From assembly GCF_009914755.1 (NCBI RefSeq), contig NC_060925.1: a stretch of 64,000 nucleotides of DNA, one strand, 5' to 3'. Under the pieces are notes generated by a model. The model was not told the DNA's origin, did not search any database, and worked only from the letters and a program-made list of their open reading frames with translations. The stretch is from the human T2T-CHM13v2.0 reference genome, Homo sapiens. Made by a program: the position numbers and the translations under genes. Of this stretch, positions 37,515 through 49,984 are shown one piece after another. Position 1 is the first letter of the stretch. Each line of letters starts with the position of its first letter.

Positions 37515-37878
37515 TGCCTTCATAGACAGAATGTTTTTGTCCCCTCAAAGTTCATTGTTGAAACCTAATTCCCACTGTGATAGTATTTCTAGGTGGGGCC
37601 TTTGGGAGGTAATTAGGTTATGTGGGCGGAGCCCTCATGAATGAGATTAGTACTTACAAAAGAGACCCCAGAGAGGTCCTTTGCCCCTTCCACCATATGA
37701 GGACACAGCTAGAAGACTGCCTTTTATGAACCAGGAAGCACACCCTTACCAGACACTGAATATGCTGGTGCCTTGATCTTGGACTTCCTGGCCTCCAGGA
37801 CTGTGAGAAATAAATTTCTGTTGTTTATAAGCCACCCAGTCTATGGCATTTAGGTCCAATAGCCCAAATGAACTAGGA
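37515..37878 (+). mobile_element. MaLR solo LTR (MLT1A0-like)
   Basis: ggtggggcctttgggaggtaattagg, ccttgatcttggacttcctggcctccaggactgtgagaaataaatttctgttgtttataagccacccag. Confidence 0.9.
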
Positions 37879-38679
37879 AACCCTCTTAATCTGGGGTCCC
37901 CCAAAGCCTGTCATAGAGTGGCTTCCTATTAGGTGTGGTGTTTGTTCACTGAACTGAAATTCACTGGCCTTTTTGTCATCCAGAGAGAAGCCTAAAATCC
38001 TGTGAAAGTTCACACCACAGGGGAGAGCACTGGGGCTCAGGAAGCCAGGGCTGGGATGAGAACAGTTGCTGGTGGGATCCAACCCTCTCCCCTGCTGGGC
38101 TCTGGGAGTCCACAGCCAGGGCCAGCAGTACAGTGGACTCCTTATGAGGAAATGTCATAACCTCAGCACCAAGAGGGAACAGATCTGCATTTTTCCCACA
38201 TTAGGACGTCTTGTTAAGAACGGGTTCTTGGCCCTGACAGATATTTGGGATCCAAGGGTGACCAGGCCTGTTTAAAATCTCTTAAAGGAACCCTCACACT
38301 CCCTCTACCCAATGCAGCCCCATCTCCTTCACAGCCGATCTCAACAGTCTCCATTTCCTACTTCCCCATCTCCTACCAGATCTAATTTGACTTCCACCCA
38401 GACCCTCCCTGCCTCTGCTCCCGCCAAGGTCCCCAAGAGCCTCCTGTGACTGTATCTGAGTTCAGTGCCTTGGACTCGCCTCCTGTCTGTATCACCTTGA
38501 CCATCAGGCCTCTGCAGGGCGGAGAGAGAGACGAACCGGGCTTCTGAAGAATGCACATTCCATGGCCCGAGTCCTCCTGAAAACTCTGAGTGATGAGCGG
38601 AAAATGATTCCCGAGGGCAATTATTGCACTAGGTTTGCACAGCGGTGCAAATAAGCACGAAAAAAGGAAGAATGTAGCC

Positions 38680-38900
38680 TGCTATGGGCCAGGCCTTTTC
38701 CAGGCCCCTTCCATGGGTTTCCTCATTTAATACTCACAGCAACCCTAAGAGGCAGATACTATTATAGCCCATGGTTCATCTCATGAGGAAACCGAGGCAC
38801 AGATAGGTTAAATTATGTGCTCAAGTCTACAGAGTGAGAAGGTGGAGCCAGCACGGGGATTCAAGTAATCTCAGGGCGAAGTCCAGCCCTTAACCAGAAT
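38680..38900 (-). mobile_element. MIR SINE
   Basis: ctcatttaatactcacagcaaccctaagagg...atgaggaaaccgaggcacaga. Confidence 0.75.
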
Positions 38901-40502
38901 CCCATGTAACCTTTCAAGGCTGGACACCTGCCCTGGGCAGGCCGGCACAGCCCTGCCTTTGTGTAATTTAGGGCCAATTTACACAGCACTCAAAGGAAGC
39001 AGTGTGAGACAGTCTGTTTGCAATGAGACTTTGCCACTGTCCTCCCTCTCACCCTACCCCACTTCCAAGAACACTGGTTTCCCTTTGTCAGACACATCCA
39101 TGGCTGGTTTCTAAGCTAAGCTGACCTTTCTGGAAGTCATTCATCCAGGGACCCAAAGGCATCTGGGCAAGAAGGCAAATGTTAATTGTCCTGCTTGGAA
39201 GATGAGGCAGGGAAGGCTGAGGCTTGAGATTATCAATGCCCATAGCAGAATGGACTTCCCAAGGAGGTGGTGAGCATCCATCTCTGGAGGAGGGTCAGCA
39301 GGGTCTGCAGCCCAAGAAGAGCGGCTGCAGCTCATGTCTGAGGTTCCTGCAGGCTCTGTGAGGCTCTGAGTCTGTCTGCAGCTTGCTGGCTGCTTTTGGG
39401 CACTTCATTAACTTCTCTGAATCTTCTGTTTCCTGGTCAGTAACCCAAGAGTGTTGAACAATAGTCCCTAGGGTCAGTTACAGCTGATAGGTTTAGATAT
39501 TCACTTCCAAGTCATCCACTGAAGAAGACTAAGTCCCTTTGGTGACACTTGTAAGGAGACGCAGTGTAAACCACAAATGGTCAGTGCTGGAAAGACATGG
39601 CTATCGACTGATGCAGTCACATGGCTGACAGATATGATGGCTGACGCCCAGAAGAGTAAGGGACATACTGAGGGCCACACAGCAGATTCAGCACACTGGG
39701 GCCTGACCAAGAAGAGAGGAGGAAATGGAGAAATGAGCAGTCCAATCAGAGGGTCAAGGCTGAGCCCTAAATACTCCTGAGACGAAACGGGAGAGATGTC
39801 CAGGCAGGGGCGAAAGCTGGAGCTCCAGCTGGCTTGCGGCCTGGGCTGTTTCTGTCTGCCCTTGTTACTCTGATACCCTCATGTGGCGGGAGGGCACTGG
39901 GTTGGCACGGAGGCCATCAGTCCTGGTCCCCATCTGCTGTGATAAGCCACACCCTTGGCGTCAGGCCTTGTGGGATAGATTGGAACGCTGCCTTCAAGAC
40001 ATTGTGGGATAAGGTGAGATCATGGATGCCAGTGCTCTGGTGACAGGACGTTATACAATGGAGTAAGCGTTACCCGAGAGGTCACAACCCCACCACAGAG
40101 TCTATTCTCAGAGAAGAGACTACTGCATAAAGGCCAGGGGCCTGACACACACACCCGTGAGCAAGCAGAGTGGGCACGGGGACATATGGGATGGCCTTTA
40201 GCTCTGTGCACACCTCCACTGCAAGTGCTAGGAGCCTGCCCCCTCACTCCCACCACACACACACACTCACCCACACAGAAACACATTCACTCACACCTAA
40301 CCAGTCCCCCAGTGAGACTGATTCAGCCTCTTCAATGTCTCTGGATGCTACAGCTTTCCCTTTATCAAGCTGACACTACCTGGCTTCAGGCCTCATGGTC
40401 CTCCACCCAGAGTAGTGGATCAACCTCCTCTCTGGATCCCTGCCATCCACGCTCCAGCCTGCAGCCAGAGGGAATTTATGAAATGCAAACTACACCTCTG
40501 AT

Positions 40503-40748
40503 GGGAAGGGCAGAGAGAGAATGAACTGAGGCTGTTCAAACCCGAGGGTCTGGAGCAGGCCCAGCTCCTGCATGGAGTGCGTGGGAACTTTGGGCAACAC
40601 TGACAGTGTCCTCGCCATCATCACTGCTGTTACTATAATGGCCAGCAATAAATGATGAGGGGAGGGCAACCGCTTAACTCCGGTCACACCATTTAATCTC
40701 TCTCTGTGACTCTCTCCATAGCAGTAAAGCAGAACCCCTGGCTACCTG
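40503..40748 (+). repeat. Copy 1 of a ~250-bp local direct repeat
   Basis: Aligns with 41843-42094. Confidence 0.92.
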
Positions 40749-41129
40749 GTAGAATAAAGTTGAGGGTGGGGAGCTGGACATGGGCAGTGTTGAGTGCTGT
40801 GTCTGGCTGCCCCCTCCATCGATGGCCAAGCTTGTTGCTGCCACTGTCATCAGCCTTTCTGTAGGTCCAGGGTAGTGTGGACATCTCCCCTGTAAACTGT
40901 GAGTTCCTGGAGAGTGTTTACCTCCTCGGATTCTGTTCTGGGGCCTGGGGTGCAGCCCAGGGCCTAATGAGAGTCTGGGTTTGCTGAGTGAACAATCGGA
41001 GGATCTTGGTCTCTGGACCAGGACCATGAGTCCTGGTCACTATCACAGCAGATGGTGGGCACTATCATGTAGGGACTGGGGAAGTTAAGCACGCTCACTC
41101 CAGGGCCGTCCTTTCCTCAGTCAACAACT

Positions 41130-41330
41130 GATGGGCACTCGCTACATGCTGAGCCCTTTCACATACATTGCCTTAAGCAGTCTTCGACAAGGCCCCCAGA
41201 GGTACGTATCATCCTTTCCATTTCCAGCAGTGGAGACTGAGGCCCTCAGAGATTCAGTAACTTGTTCAAGGTCACACTAGTCAAGCTGGTAAGTGGTACA
41301 GCCATGATTCCAAGGCAAATCCCCTGAGTC
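41130..41330 (-). mobile_element. MIR SINE
   Basis: gtggagactgaggccc...cttgttcaaggtcacactag...gtaagtgg. Confidence 0.7.
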
Positions 41331-41842
41331 TTCCTCTAACATTCTTTTCTCTGCTTAGACAGACCCTATAGGCCCAGCCTCCTGTCCCTCCCTGGTCCAC
41401 AGCATTCTTTAGAGCACTCATGTTGGCAACAGAGTTTGGCAGACCCACTGGGATTAATTAATGACAGGCCTGTCTTCAGGGTGGCCCTGGTGGCTATCGA
41501 GGCTGCTTCATACCTGTTGATTACATAATCCATAAATATATTTGACATCTTTAATTGGAATCAGGCCCCCCCAGGTCCTGACCACAGTTGAGTTATGAGC
41601 TCCAAACTCCCTGCTGGCAGCACTGAGCTTCTGCCTGAAGTGGGGCCCAGGGAGAAGGAATCAACTTGGGGCGTGATGACATTTCTCAAGGATTAAGAAA
41701 AAGAGAAAAATTTGCTGCTTAAGTTTAAGGATGGAGATTGTCCTTAAGCTCTGTGGCTGTAGCTCACCTGCCAATTCCATCTCCCCTCCTCCAGAAAGCC
41801 TTTTTGACCTTCTGAACCCTGGGCTGCTGGACCCATGTGACA

Positions 41843-42094
41843 GGGAAGGAAAGAGAGAGAGAATGAATGAAGCCTATTCAAACCTGACAGTCTGGAGCAG
41901 GCCTACCTCCTGCGTGGAGTGCTTGGTGACCTTGGGCAACACTGACAGTGTCCTTGCCATCACCACTGCTGTTACTAAAATGGCCAGCAATAAATGACTG
42001 ACGAGGGGAGGGCAACTGCTTAACTCCTTAACTCATTTAATCTCTCTCTGTGACTCTCTCTCCATAGCAGTAAAGCAGAGCCCCTGGTTACCTG
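41843..42094 (+). repeat. Copy 2 of the ~250-bp local direct repeat
   Basis: Shares ttgggcaacactgacagtgtcct, actgctgttacta, atttaatctctctctgtgactctc and ccatagcagtaaagcaga with copy 1. Confidence 0.92.
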
Positions 42095-42666
42095 CTGCCT
42101 GCACCCATTTTGGTTTTGCTGTAGGGCCTTTGGACTCTCTTGCTAGAAAACTGGGTAAGGCACACAATTTGCCTTACCTGTCTTGTCTCCTAAGGCAGGC
42201 CAAGGCTTTCCCCAACCCAACACACATACCAGATGTTGCAGCAACAAGATAAGACTCCCTGCTCCCCTGGATACAAGGTTTTCACCTGTTCCTATATCTG
42301 CAGGGGCAGCCAGGCCAGCGCCTGAATCCCTGAACTGTCACACAACCCACCCCTATCTTCTTTCACTCACTCTTTCACTTATTCATTCATTGTCACTGAA
42401 TGCTTACCACTTGCCAGGCTCTCTGGGAGGTGCAGGAAGAGGCATGGATGGGGAGTTACACTGCCGAGGAGCTCCTGGTCTAGAGGAGCCCACAGCCCGG
42501 TGGGAATCATGTCAGCAGAGAAGCCAGGGGAGGCACAAGCCAGGGACTAATGAGCTCAGCTTGGGGAGGGGCAAGGTGGAGGAAAGGCAGGTTCCCAGAG
42601 CCAGGGGCAACCAGTTGAGCAGTCTTTCTGGACAGGTCTTGCAGGGATGACCCAACCTTCTCCTTT

Positions 42667-42964
42667 TCTTTTCTTTTTCTTTTTTTTTTTTTTTTGAGAC
42701 AGAGTCTCGCTCTGTCATGCAATGGTGTGATTTCAGCTCACTGCAACCTCTGCTTCCTGGATTCAAACAGTTCTCTGCCTCAGCTTCCTGAGTAGCTGGG
42801 ATTACAGGCACCTGCCACCATGCCTGGCTAATTTTTTTGTATTTTTAGTAGAGATGGGGTTTCACGACCGTGGCCAGGCTGGTCTTGAGCTCCCAACCTC
42901 GTGATCCACCCGCCTCAGCCTCCCAAAGTGCTGGGATTACAGGCATGAACCACTGCGCCTGGCC
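42667..42964 (-). mobile_element. AluS (Sg/Sc-like) with a small internal deletion
   Basis: acctcgtgatcc diagnostic; 15-bp TSD ccaaccttctccttt at 42652-42666 and 42969-42983. Confidence 0.93.
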
Positions 42965-43619
42965 GAAACCAACCTTCTCCTTTGCCTTGTTTGATAACAA
43001 AGCTGGCTCCTGTGAAAATTTAAACAAAAGGTTTGTAGAAAGTGCCGGGCACAATGTAGCTCTTTGATTTTAGCTTCCCTTTCTGAGCTTTTCCCCATCT
43101 AGACTCTCATAGAGAATGGTGATACTGGCAGGGTGCACTAGGGTAAAAGGCAGAGGCTGCCCATGGTTGGAGGCCACTGATTCAGGGGCTCTGGCCACCT
43201 CAGAGTTCGTTTGACCACCCCCAGGGCTCAGGGGATCACATTTTGGCTCACCTTGCCTCAGGGCAGTAGACTCCATCTGTCCCCAGGCTCCCTCCTTTGC
43301 CTTTCTTATTCTGCCTGGTCCCTGCTGGGGCTATACCCTCCCAGGGGGGAGGATACTGGTCCTACAGACATCTGCCTTTCCTCTCCCTCCAGCACCAGCC
43401 TCGGTGGAAAGCTTCCAGGTGACATGGTTTGGAAGTTCAAACTTCAGGAAAGAAAAAGCATGCTCTATAACACAACAAGTACGCAGCCAGGACTAGATTC
43501 AGTCCCCAGTGTGGGCACTCACTTGGGCAAGTGGCTTACTTCTCTGAGCTTCATTTTCCTCCCTGCAATGCTTCTGAAATAGCTAATTGGATGATTCATT
43601 CCTATGGATGCGTCTGCCC

Positions 43620-44760
43620 CATTCAGAAACTGTTTATGGCAGTGAACAAAACTAACTCTCTAATGTGTGGAGATTTCGTTGTAGCAGAAGAGAGGAATTA
43701 ACAAGTGGATACTTGGTGTGTAGGGTGGTGATAACCCCTGTGGACAAACATAAAGCAAAGTAAGGGAGGTGGCAGGAGCTGTTCTGTTTAGTGTGGCCAA
43801 GGACAGCTTCACTGGGATGGGGATGTTGGAGCTGAGAACTGAAGGGGCTAAGAGAGCTGTCCTGGGGAGATCTAAGGACCATTTTAGACAGAGGTAGTGT
43901 CATGATGAAGGAGCATGGCAGCTGCCCGAAGGACAGCAAGAGGCCAGTGTGGCTGCTGTATAGTGAAAGGGGGTGGAGGAGGGAGGTGTGAGATGAGGTC
44001 AGTGGTGACAGTAGGGGTGGGGTGATTGTCAAGCAGGACCTAAGGCCATCCTGAAGACCCTTTTCCTTAGAGCAAGGAGGGAGCCACTGGAGGGTTTTAA
44101 GCCGGGGGCATAAGACCTGATTTGCATGTTAAAGGCTCCCTCTGCCTGTAGAGTGGAGGAGAAAATGCCAGGGTGCAGGGCAGACGCAGGGACCCTGGTC
44201 CAGCGGCTTATGAGAGAAGGGGAGAAAGTGAGCAGGGGTGTTCTGGATGCAGACTGAAGGTAGAGCCAATAGGGTCTGCTGACCAACTGGACGTAGGGCG
44301 AGAGCAAGAGGAGTCAGCATGAGCCCCGTTGATCTGGCCTGAGCAACTGTCGGAGTGGAGCAGGCTTGGGAGTAGGGGAAGATTTGGAGTTTGGTTTAGG
44401 GTATGTGCATTTTGAAGTGCCTGCTGAACAACCAGACGGAGTGTCAGGAAGGAAGTCCAGGATGGAGTTATACATTTGGGAGATGACTTTTTAAAGGAAG
44501 GAAGACAGAAGAGAGGTTTATGGGTAGAGACCTTAATGTTTAGAGGTCAGGGGCATGAGGAGGAACCAGCTGGAACACTGTGAAGGAGTGGCCAGCCAGG
44601 CAAGCAGTGAAGACAGAGGGGTGGCCCGAAATTCAAGTAAGAACTGTTTTAAGAAGTTGCCAACTCAGTCAAAGCCTGCTGACAACAGGACTCCCTTGCA
44701 GGAGAAGGCAGATGAGTGGGGTGTGGAGCCTGAAAAGAAGAGGAAACCAAACATGGGGTA
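43620..44760 (-). mobile_element. Long L2 fragment
   Basis: gcaagaggccagtgtggctg, gagccactggagggttttaagc, gactgaaggtagagccaataggg, tggcctgagcaactg, aatgtttagaggtcagg. Confidence 0.8.
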
Positions 44761-46249
44761 GTTTATCCCCTCCCAAGATGCCAATTCAGAATAGATCTTT
44801 TTGGAAATGGAATGGCCAGGGCTGTGGAGCCTCTCTCGATGGGCACCCAGCCCCAGGCCCGTAACATGTGGAAGAAAGCCCCAATAGAAGCTGACTTTAG
44901 CCCTAACTCCTGGAATGTCTTTGAACCCCACAAGGAAAAGCTGGAGCTCGGAAGCAGGTAATTTCAGCCAAGTGCACTGTGTTTGCTTAGAGTTTGGGTG
45001 CAGCAACCAGTTAATTACTCAAGTAAATCATGTCACCGTCCCCTGCAGCCCCAGTGCAATAACACCGTGCTGACCACACTTTAAAAAGTGATATAAGCCT
45101 CTGAGTGCAAGCTAAGAGGTTTTATAGGCCACCCTTTGAATAGGCCTTTTTCTCCCGGAGCCCACAAGAGTCGTGTGTGTCCATGCCTGCCCAGAGTTGG
45201 GGAGGGAGGGTGGCTCTTGGGGGCCACCTTCTTATACGAGGTCCATATGAGTTGGGGCCCATCCAGGGCTGGCTGGCAGCCCAGCTTGGAGGCGGGAGAA
45301 GTTCATCTTTTCTGTGTCCTCTGATCACATCAATGTGATGTGTTTCTCTCATTGCCCAGATGCCGTTAGCCCTCCAACTCCAATCCCTATGATCTCAATG
45401 AACATCTTTTGGGCCAGGCTCTGGCCTGAGTGCCTGGGACTCAGGTGTGCTAAGGTACAGTGCTTACTCTCTGGCAAACCCAAGAGATGGGCAGACGCTC
45501 TGCTCCAAGGGTAAGGCAGAATGAACTAAATTCTTCACAGGAGAAAAAAGCATAAAGTGATGTGAGTCCCGGAGAGGGAATGATGGATTCAGGAACATCT
45601 GTTGGGCCTACGAGGATAAGATTTCAACAGACAGGATTCATGGTAAGAGAATTACAGGCAGTGAAAGCAGCATGAGTAAAGGTCAGGAACTTGGGTAAAT
45701 TCTTCAACTGGATATTAACAGAAGCTGAGATCCTTTGACTTAGACACTCAGAGTCAGACTCTCAGGTGGCTTGAGTCACAGACTGATGGGCCCCTGTAAT
45801 GTAAGAACTGCAGTTCTTTGAGCAAGACAGAAGTACACCTGGTCACATCCCTCCCCCAGGGCAGGAGATCCTCCAGCAGTCACCAACAGGTAGCACCTTC
45901 CAAGACAGGTGGAGACAGGGTGAGGATTCCATCCTGTGCAGGCATCCACCCAGCATCACTGTCCCCCGTCCATCAATCTCCAGACGCTGGTCAGGTGCGT
46001 GCTCGTGACCAGCTTTGGCCCCTGTGTTCCAATGACTATGCCTTGCCCCTTCCACCTCCAAGAAAAGCTCACCTTCCCACCCCTTTTTCTGCCACGTTAT
46101 GGAAAGAGCATGTCCGTTAGCATGGTAGTGATTGATAACTGGAGATGATCTCATTTAGGAGCTTGGTCTCAGGTCTAACCCTACCCTGACATATTTTACC
46201 TCCTTAATCCACACTTTCTCTTCTTAATATTAGGATAATAACAACAAAA

Positions 46250-46480
46250 ATAGTGAGTAATTATTTTGCTCTTACTAAGTGTCTGGCACTGGGGTAAAAC
46301 CTTGACAGCCATGATCTTTGCTAATTTTCAAAACAATCTATGCTACAGGCACTATTATTCTCCTCTTACATATTAGGAGACTGAGGCACAGAGAGGTAAA
46401 GTAATTTGCCCACAGTCACCCAGCCAGTAAATGGTGAAACTGGGATATGAACCAAGGAAGTCTGACTTTAGAGACTGCTA
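46250..46480 (-). mobile_element. MIR SINE
   Basis: ggagactgaggcacagagaggtaaagtaatttgcccacagtcacccagccagtaaatgg. Confidence 0.8.
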
Positions 46481-47747
46481 TTAATGACAATGAGAAGAAA
46501 AATTATAATTATAATCATAATAAACTATCTCTCCTCAGGCATATGTGCAGCAAATTCATTATAGAGTGGGTGTTTAAAGTCTGCTTTTAGGGGCTTTAGA
46601 TACAAGGTATGTGAATATATGACCACAGACAATGTGGCTGCTGAGAGATTATTTTTGTATAATAAGGAATGTATTTTTATAATCTGAATAGTTACCTCCT
46701 AATGTGTTTAGTCCTCATTGAACTGTGGGCTTCTTAAAGGAAATGAACACGTTTTATTCTATTTGAAATCCCTAGAACAATGCCTGGCACATAGTAAGTG
46801 CTTAGTAAATGCTTGCTGAATGAACTGACACACACAGTACGTTTCCTCTTTCCAGGGCTGACCTGCATGCTGGGAAAGTGAAAGGGTGGAGGAAGTGTCT
46901 CTATCTTCATAAATTTGCAAAGGGGGTCTGCGTGAGTAGCCAGGCTTAAGGACTTCCCATACCTGGCTTTATGGCAATACTTTAATAGCTGCTATGCAAA
47001 GACTGCTAGAGCTTCTCAATGAAGAAGTTAAAAAAAGAAAAGAACCAGCATATAGCTAAGATGTGGTTAATACATTCAGCATGCTTCCCCCTCCAGTTAA
47101 TTAAAAAACTTGATTACAGGAAAGTTGAAGTGGCTTTTCTTTCCAAGGGAAATGCACCAACTTCTGAGGAATGGGAAAGAGGGATGCCAAGAGCTGCCCC
47201 ATTGCCATTTCCACCTGCTCCAACTGCCCATCTGGCTCATCTGTGAAATGAGCTAGACTTACTCCTGGGCAGTGAGAAGGAGCTGATGTGGTAGAAGTGA
47301 TATGTGCTCATCCAAGAGCCGAAGGCCTGAGTTCCTAGCCTGTTTCTCTAATTCTCTGTATGACCATAGCTGGGGCTGTGCCTGTTTGGGTCTTCATTTC
47401 CTCACCTGTGGAGGGGATTGATTGTGACCCTCACGTCTGAGGTGCTGGGGAGGTTGAGTGAGACAGTGAGAGTGAGGTACATGAAACATAGAGGCCAGGT
47501 CTCAGGGAAGGCAAGGCATCTGGTCAATTCAGGGAACAAAAGGAAAAAAATCCCTGCAGGGGCTCACTGAGTCCTGTAGACGAAACATCTGGGGGACTTA
47601 CTGTATTTTTCAGTTTGAACCACTCTTGAGTTGGAACATGGACAATGGGTGAACATCCATATAGATCATCCACCTAGACTGGGAGTGATTCACACCTGTA
47701 ACACATTCTGGCTTAACATAATGCAGGCCAGGTTAAGTTAAAACATG

Positions 47748-47750
<3 letters not shown>

Positions 47751-47785
<35 letters not shown>
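47751..47785. repeat. (CA)n microsatellite
   Basis: Read directly. Confidence 0.95.
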
Positions 47786-47787
<2 letters not shown>

Positions 47788-49209
47788 TGAGGGCTGGGTG
47801 CCCTCTGACCCTCAGCTCGATAGCTACCTCCTGGGCAGTGATCTGCGGGAGATAGGAGTGTCCAGATCAAAGGATGGAGAGGGGTAGATTTATGGTGTGC
47901 AGGGATCCTCCCAGGTGTTTCTTCTCTGACCTCCTCCCCACTGGAGCATCTGGAGAGGAGGTGTTGGCCTTGGGAAAGGAGAAAGAATAAGGGCTTTTCC
48001 TGGAAACTGCTCCTTCTTGGGGGAACTTGGAGGTGGTCTTGCACTTGGGGAGGCTGGGCCTGCCGCCAAGGTCTTAGCTAAGGTTAAAGAGGACACTACC
48101 TCAACTGAAAAGCTCTGCAGTGGGTCATTCCTAGCCAGGTAAAATGGACTTATCTTCCATGGTGCGCTGCCACACCACCCCCTTCACAGGAAGGACTGGT
48201 CGCCTCTATGTTCTGAAAGCATGCAACTCCTTTTGGAGAGTTCTTCCATCTTGGAGGAAGGGCCCATATTGATTATCTTCGTGTCTCCAATGGCCAGCAC
48301 AGTGGCTGGCATGGGTCATTATGCATGGAAATATGTCGGGTTGCAATGAATTGAATAGTTTTGACATTGTTATGTCAACTGACATTGAATGGTGCCCTCT
48401 CACTGGACTGATGGGGAAACTGAGGCCCAGAGCTGGAAAGTCAATTGCACACAGTGGCTGCAGGAGTCAGCAGCAGATGCGGAACTGAGCTCAGTATTCC
48501 CTCACATCTGCTCCAGCGCCCTGCAGCCCTTGCACATGGATCTGGGCTTCAGAAAAAAGCTCTCCCTCTCCATCCTGCCTTAATCCACTCAACTAGGTTG
48601 TGCACAGCCCAGTCAAGAGGGGGAAATGTCCACATTACCAAAATCATACGAAAGAAATTATGGATGGAAAAATCATTACCTTATAAATCGGCCGAGCTGT
48701 TCAGAACTTGTAGGAAACGGCATATAAAACTCATATGGCACGTTAGGGCTTTGATAGCGCCTCATTACAGCCCTCAGACTCCAGTGAAAAATGTCCTCAC
48801 CCAGAGGGGGCTAATTTTCCTTTATTAATGACATGGGGCGGGGCTGACGCCATAAATTCCAGCTACCTGAGAGCCCTGAGCTTGAGACAAACTCTTCTAA
48901 GAGACGTCTCTCTCCAGGCTAGGCTGCTCCACCCCGTTTTACTCTGCTGTATGCAAAGGAAGCAAGACTAGAGAAGACAGCCTCCCCTGACTCAAGGACC
49001 CCAGCCCCTAGACTAGAGAAACACATGGAGAGACAGCAAGATCTTTCTTTTCTCTATGAGGGCCAAACCCAAAATGTTAAGTAATTCAGGCACTTAATAG
49101 AAAGTAGAGGGCTGAGAAAAGGGGGATACACATATTACCCCCAATTTTAGGTGTGATTTCTATAATGGAAGTTGTGTGCATTCTACCATCTACATTCCTC
49201 ACAGCCAGT

Positions 49210-49307
49210 CTGTGACCAGGGTGAGGGGTCAGCTATGACCAGGATCAGGGCTCTGGCTGTGACCAAGATTACGGCTCAGGCTGTAACCAGGATCAGGGCT
49301 CAGGCTA
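49210..49307. repeat. Degenerate 24-bp minisatellite, 4 copies
   Basis: Units start at 49210, 49233, 49257, 49281; consensus ctgtgaccaggatcagggctcagg. Confidence 0.85.
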
Positions 49308-49984
49308 TCCTGAGTGGGCAGAACTAGACCCTGCTCACAGGCCCACAGGGGATTTAAGAATGTAGTCACAGTCATCATATCAGAAAACACTCAACCAAAC
49401 CTGGACCCTAAAAGCAAACGTGGCTTCCAGCCCATGGTTTTGCCTTTGTTACAGATGCATGAACCCCCAGAGTGACACAGCTTAGCATCTTCTAGTTTAA
49501 ATTCTCAGCTTGCCCATGACACAAACGAGGAAACTGAGGGCTGCAAATATTCCCTGAATGTTGGGTTAGTAACCTGGAAGGGCAGGGAAAGTTTGTCCAG
49601 GTCACCAGACCCCCAGCCGAACACAATTTCCTAGCTGCCTTCACTTGCTCCACAGCAAAGGAATAATGGGAAATCATGGCCTGTCAAGTCTGGCTGTATG
49701 GTTCTAATCCTTGACCATGTGTCCCCAGGAGAAAAGAAAAGGGAGAGTTTGTCTGTCTTCTCAGGTAGTCACATGTCCTTAAGGATATTAGGCTATCTTC
49801 CCTATGGACATGGCTCCCTGAAATGCCAGAGGCCTTCATCCCTGTGGGTCCCCATCGGCAACCCTTCCTGTCTATATGTGGCTATTAAAGGCTTCATGCA
49901 CATTGCCTGATGTGAGCTCTGCAGCAGCCTTTCAGTCTCTGGTACAGCTGAGAAAATAATTGAGGATCACAGCAGTTAAGTGGC

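Noticed and set aside
40503-42094. Novel LTR element bounded by the direct repeats
   Set aside because: No TG..CA termini, TSD, PBS or PPT, and the interior contains a MIR.
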